A model generated the notes under the pieces. That model ran no database searches. It saw nothing but the letters and a program-made list of their open reading frames with translations, and had not been told where the DNA came from. A stretch of DNA of 64,000 nucleotides from Eledone cirrhosa. Taxonomy: Eukaryota. Of the stretch, positions 59,493 to 64,000 are shown piece by piece (the first letter of the stretch is position 1; each line of letters opens with the position of its first letter). A program made the translations under genes and the position numbers. The DNA lies in NCBI GenBank assembly GCA_964016885.1, contig OZ024741.1, positions 134,602,001-134,666,000 on the forward strand, given 5' to 3'.

Positions 59493-62400
59493 TGTTGTTG
59501 GTGGTGTTGGTGTTGTTGGTGGTGTTGATGGTGTTGATGGTGGTTTTGGTGGTGTTGGTGTTCTTGGTGGTGTTGGTGGTGTTGATGGTGTTGGTGGTAG
59601 TGGTGTTGGTGTTGTTGGTGGTGTTGGTGGTGTTGGTTGTGTTGGTGGTAGTGGTGTTGGTGGTGTTGGTGTTGTTGGTGGTGTTGATGGTGTTGGTGGA
59701 GTTGATGGTGCTGGTCTTGTTGGTGGTGTTGGTGGTGTTGGTGTTGGTGTTGGTGGTGTTGGTTTGTTGGTGGTATTGATGGTGGTGGTAGTGGTGTTGG
59801 TGTTGTTGGTGTTGTTGGTGGTGTTGGTGGTGTTGGTGGTGTTGGTGGTGTTGGTCGTGTTGATGGTGTTGGTGGTGTTGGTGGTGTTGATGGTGTTGGT
59901 GTTGTTGGTGGTGTTGATGGTGGTGGTAGTGGTGTTGGTGTTGTTGGTGGTGTTGGTGGTGTTGATGGTGTTGGTGTTGTTGGTGGTGTTGTTGTTGGTG
60001 GTGTTGGTGGTGTTGGTGGTGTTGATGGTGTTGGTGGTGTTGGTGGTGTTGGTGGTGTTGGTGGTGTTGGTGGTGTTGGTGGTGTTGATGGTGTTGGTGG
60101 TGTTGGTGGTGTTGATGGTGTTGGTGGTGTTGGTGGTGTTGGTGTTGTTGGTGGTGTTGGTGGTGTTGGTGGTGTTGGTGGTGTTGATGGTGTTGGTGGT
60201 GTTGGTGGTGTTGGTGTTGTTGGTGGTGTTGGTGGTGTTGGTGGTGTTGATGGTGGTGGTAGTGGTGTTGGTGTTGGTGGTGTTGATGGTGTTGGTGGTG
60301 CTAGTGGTGTTGGTGTTGTTGGTGGTGTTGGTGGTGTTGGTGGTGTTGGTGGTGTTGATGGTGTTGGTGGTGTTGGTGGTGTTGATGGTGTTGGTGGTGT
60401 TGGTGGTGTTGGTGTTGTTGGTGGTGTTGGTGGTGTTGGTGGTGTTGGTGGTGTTGATGGTGTTGGTGGTGTTGGTGGTGTTGGTGGTGTTGGTGGTGTT
60501 GATGGTGGTGGTAGTGGTGTTGGTGTTGTTGGTGTTGTTGGTGGTGTTGGTGGTGTTGATGGTGTTGGTGGTGCTAGTGGTGTTGGTGGTGTTGGTGGTG
60601 TTGATGGTGTTGGTGTTGTTGGTGGTGTTGGTGTTGTTGGTGGTGTTGGTGGTGTTGATGGTGGTGGTGGTGTTGATGGTGTTGGTGGTGCTAGTGGTGT
60701 TGGTGGTGTTGATGGTGTTGGTGTTGTTGGTGGTGTTGGTGTTGTTGGTGGTGTTGATGGTGGTGGTGGTGTTGATGGTGTTGGTGGTGTTGGTGGTGTT
60801 GGTGGTGTTGATGGTGTTGGTGTTGTTGGTGGTGTTGGTGGTGTTGGTGGTGTTGATGGTGTTGGTGGTGTTGGTGGTGTTGGTGGTGTTGATGGTGTTG
60901 GTGGTGTTGGTGGTGTTGGTGTTGTTGGTGGTGTTGATGGTGTTGGTGGTGTTGGTGTTGTTGGTGGTGTTGGTGGTGTTGATGGTGTTGTTGGTGGTGG
61001 TGGGTGGTGGTGGTGGTGGTGGGTGGTGGTGGTAGTGGTGTTGCTGTTGTTGGTGTTGTTGTTGGTAGTGGTGTTGTTGTTGCTGTTGGTGGTGGTGTTG
61101 GTGTTGTTGGTGCTGGTGTTGTTGGTGTTGTTGTTGTTGGTAGTGGTGTTGTTGGTGTTGTTGTTGTTGGTAGTGGTGTTGTTGTTGTTGGTGTTTAGGT
61201 GCTGTTGGTGTTGGTGGTGGTGTTGTTGGTGTTCTTGTAGCAGGTGGTATTGTTGGTGTTGTTGGTGGTAGTGTTGGTGGTGGTGTTGCTGTTGTTGTTG
61301 GTGTTGTTATTGTTGGTGTTGGTGGTGTTGGTGTTGTTGCTATTGTTGTTGTTGGTGGTGTTGGTGTTTGTGATGTTGCTAGTGGTATTGGTGTTGTTGG
61401 TTTTGTTGAAGTTGGTGTTGTTGATATTTGTGTTGTTGTTATTGGTGGTGTTGTTTTTGTTGTTATTGGTGTTGTTGTTAGTGGTGTTGGTGGTGGTATT
61501 ATGGCTGTTGTTGTAGTTGTTGTAGTTGTTGGTGTTGTTGGTGGTGTTGGTAGTATTGATGGTGGTGGTAGTGGTGTTGGTGTTGTTGGTGTTGTTGTTG
61601 GTGGTGTTGATGGTGGTGGTAGCGCTGTTGTTGTTGTTGTTATTGTTGTTATTGGTGTTGTTGCTATTGTTGTTGTTGGTGGTGTTGGTGTTGTTGTTGG
61701 TGGTGATGGTCTTGTTGTAGTTGGTGTCATTGTTTGTGTTGTTGGTGGTGTTGGTGATGGTGTTGTTGTTAGTGTTGTTGTCATTGTCATTGTCATTGTT
61801 GTTGTTGTTGGTTTGGTGGTGTTGGTGGTGTTGTTGTTGGGTGTTGTTATTGTTGTTGTTGGTGTTGGTGTTGTTGTTGTTGTTGGGTGTTGTTGTTGTT
61901 GTTGTTGGTGGTTTGGTGGTGTTGTTGTTGGGTGGTGTCAGTAGTGTTGTTGTTGCTGTTGTTGATGTTGTTGGTGGTGTTGTTGTTGTTACAAGTGTTG
62001 TCTTTGTAGGCGTTGTTGTTATTGGTTATATTATTGATTTTGGTGTTGTTGTTTTTATTGTTGTTGGGTGTTGTTGTTGTTGATGTTGTTTTTGGTGGTG
62101 GGGTTGTAGGTGTAACTGTTGTAGGTGGAGTTGTTGTTGTTGTAGGTATTATTGTTGTTAGTGTTGTTAGTCTTGTTGTTGTAGTTGGTGTTGTTTTGAT
62201 GTTGGTGTCGTTGTTGGTGTTGTTGGTGGTGTTGGAGGTGGTGTCGGTGTTGTCGTTGGTGGTATTGTTGTTGTTGTTGGTAGTGGTGGTGTTGGTTTTG
62301 GTGTTGTTTTTATTGTTGTTGTTATTAGTGTTGGTGATGTTGTTGGTGTAGTTGTTGTTGGTAGTGTTATTGCTATTGATGTTATTGTTGGTGGTGATAT

Positions 62401-62752
62401 TTTTGCTGTTGTTGTAGTTCTTGGTGGTGGTGGTGTTGGTGTTGTTGTTGGTGGTGTTGGTGTTGTTGGTGTCAGTGTTGTTGGTGGTGTTGGTGGTGTT
62501 GATGTTGGTGGTGTTGGTAGTGTTGTTGTTGGGTGTTGTTGGTGTTGTTGTTGGTGGTGGTGTCAGTAGTGTTGTTGTTGTTGTTGGTGGTGTTGGTGTT
62601 GTTGTTGTTGGTGGTGGTGGTGGTGGTGTCAGTAGTGTTGTTGTTGCTGTTGGTGGTGTTCTTGGAGGCGTTGGTGTTGTTGCAAGTGTTGTCTTTGTAG
62701 GCGTTGTTGTTGTTGGTGTTATTGGTATTGTTGTTGGGTGTTGTTGTTGTTG
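59493..62752. repeat. Cryptic (GGT/GTT/GAT)n trinucleotide repeat, 3.2 kb
   Basis: Direct reading. Confidence 0.95.
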
Positions 62753-64000
62753 ATGCAATTGTGCAAGGTCAACTTTTATCACTTCATCCCCAGTCTTCCT
62801 GAGTCTTCGCACTCTATGGCTCTCATCATCTTTGAGCGCTCTGCACCATTTTATGCAGCTGTTATTCTTCATATGCATCACATGTTCATACCAATGCAAT
62901 CTCCTCTCCTGTACACTGCATCTGGTTCCTCTTATGCCTAGTTCCTCTCTCAGTTTGTTTATGCTTTGCCGTTGACGTATATTACTATTATACATCCATC
63001 GGAGTATGCAAGCTTTATTTTTTTCCCATCTTCGCAAGTCTTCTGCACACATGGTCTCACTACCATGTAACGTTACTGTTCGTATGCATGCATCATACAG
63101 TAAGCCTTTCATAGCTAGCTGTGGTAGTAGCTCCCTGAACTTCTTCCATCCCATTCTCACTCTGGCTATTGTACTTTTGGAACCCACCTCCACTGCTAAT
63201 TTGGTTACCCAGGTAGCAGAGACTGTCTACTGCTTCTACTGAACCTTCCCAGAATTTGATAGCACTTATTTCTTGTGGTTATTTACTACTTACTGTTCTG
63301 GTGCAAGGGCTACATGTAAAGCCTACGTTCTTAGCTAAGCTACCTGAGATCCCACAACATCTCTTGTGTACCCATAGTTTACATTTGGGACAGAAGATAG
63401 AATTTCTACCTAGACCTTTCCTACACACTGAGCAAGACCATTTCCCCGAGAGGTCCAGGGGTCTATTTTCCTTTCTACTTACTAGGATCTAGAGTCTTTG
63501 TCAGATTGACTTTAAGACAATTTGTTTTTAGGCCATGCTTCCAGGTTTGGAATTTCTTCTCTAATTCTGGCATAGATTCAGCTATGAGTGCAAGATACTC
63601 CACATACAGGAGTTCCCATGGACAGCCAGTCTTAAACTCCTCTGTTATAGCCTGCATAACAATAACAAACAGGAGAGGGCTAAGAACAGAGCCCTGGTGG
63701 ATGCCAACTTTCACACTAAATTCCTCTCTATAGTCATTGTTAATCCTAATTTTGCTATACATGGCTTGTACAACCCCCACAAGCCACTCATCTACTCCTA
63801 GTTTTCTAAGAGCCCACCAGATTATGGCATGGGGGAACTCTGTCAAAAGCTTTCTCCAGATCAACACATGTCAGAAAGAGTGGCTTACTTTTAGCTAGGT
63901 ACTTCACTTGTAGCTTTTTCACAAGGAAGAGAGCATCGGCCATGCTTTTACCTTTAATCCTAACTGCATCAAATTTAGATTAACCTGATCCCTAATCAGC
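62753..64000 (-). mobile_element. RTE LINE, degenerate
   Basis: [33 protein letters not shown]. Confidence 0.88.

Noticed and set aside
59428-63193. Long mucin-like T/N/P-rich and poly-V/L ORFs
   Set aside because: Cryptic trinucleotide repeat open in several frames on both strands, with no signal peptide or splice context

Overview
AT-rich, microsatellite-saturated animal genomic DNA. The repeat landscape (RTE LINEs with (TGA)n tails, abundant tRNA-derived SINEs, long (TA)n tracts) suggests an octopus genome; this is an inference. Two convergent host genes are present. (1) The 3' part of a RhoGAP of the ARHGAP9/12/15/27 family on + (exons 13432-13608, 14305-14445, 15568-15682, 22268-22436), plus a candidate alternative first coding exon at 1489-1705. 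(2) A complete 451-aa alpha-tubulin on - (exons 42823-42825, 36267-36489, 30017-31146) surrounded by RFX X-box motifs. The rest is transposon debris: a Helitron, two mariners, MITEs, RTE/Tx1/CR1/CRE LINE fragments, SINE arrays and Penelope-like elements (PLEs). The most striking unannotated signal is a dense set of type I hammerhead ribozyme motifs read by eye: five distinct complete cores (three also present as inverted copies) and about six truncated ones. Nearly all sit on small PLE-derived, often fold-back, inserts next to (TA)n tracts. They include a U3-A8 covariant core, two cores with greatly extended stem II, and a near-textbook core in sense orientation downstream of the RhoGAP stop codon. 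A nested ~15-kb inverted duplication (44.7-59.5 kb) centred on hAT-like ends is also visible. All folds and motif calls were made by eye and no searches were run. Most ORF-track entries are microsatellite artefacts.
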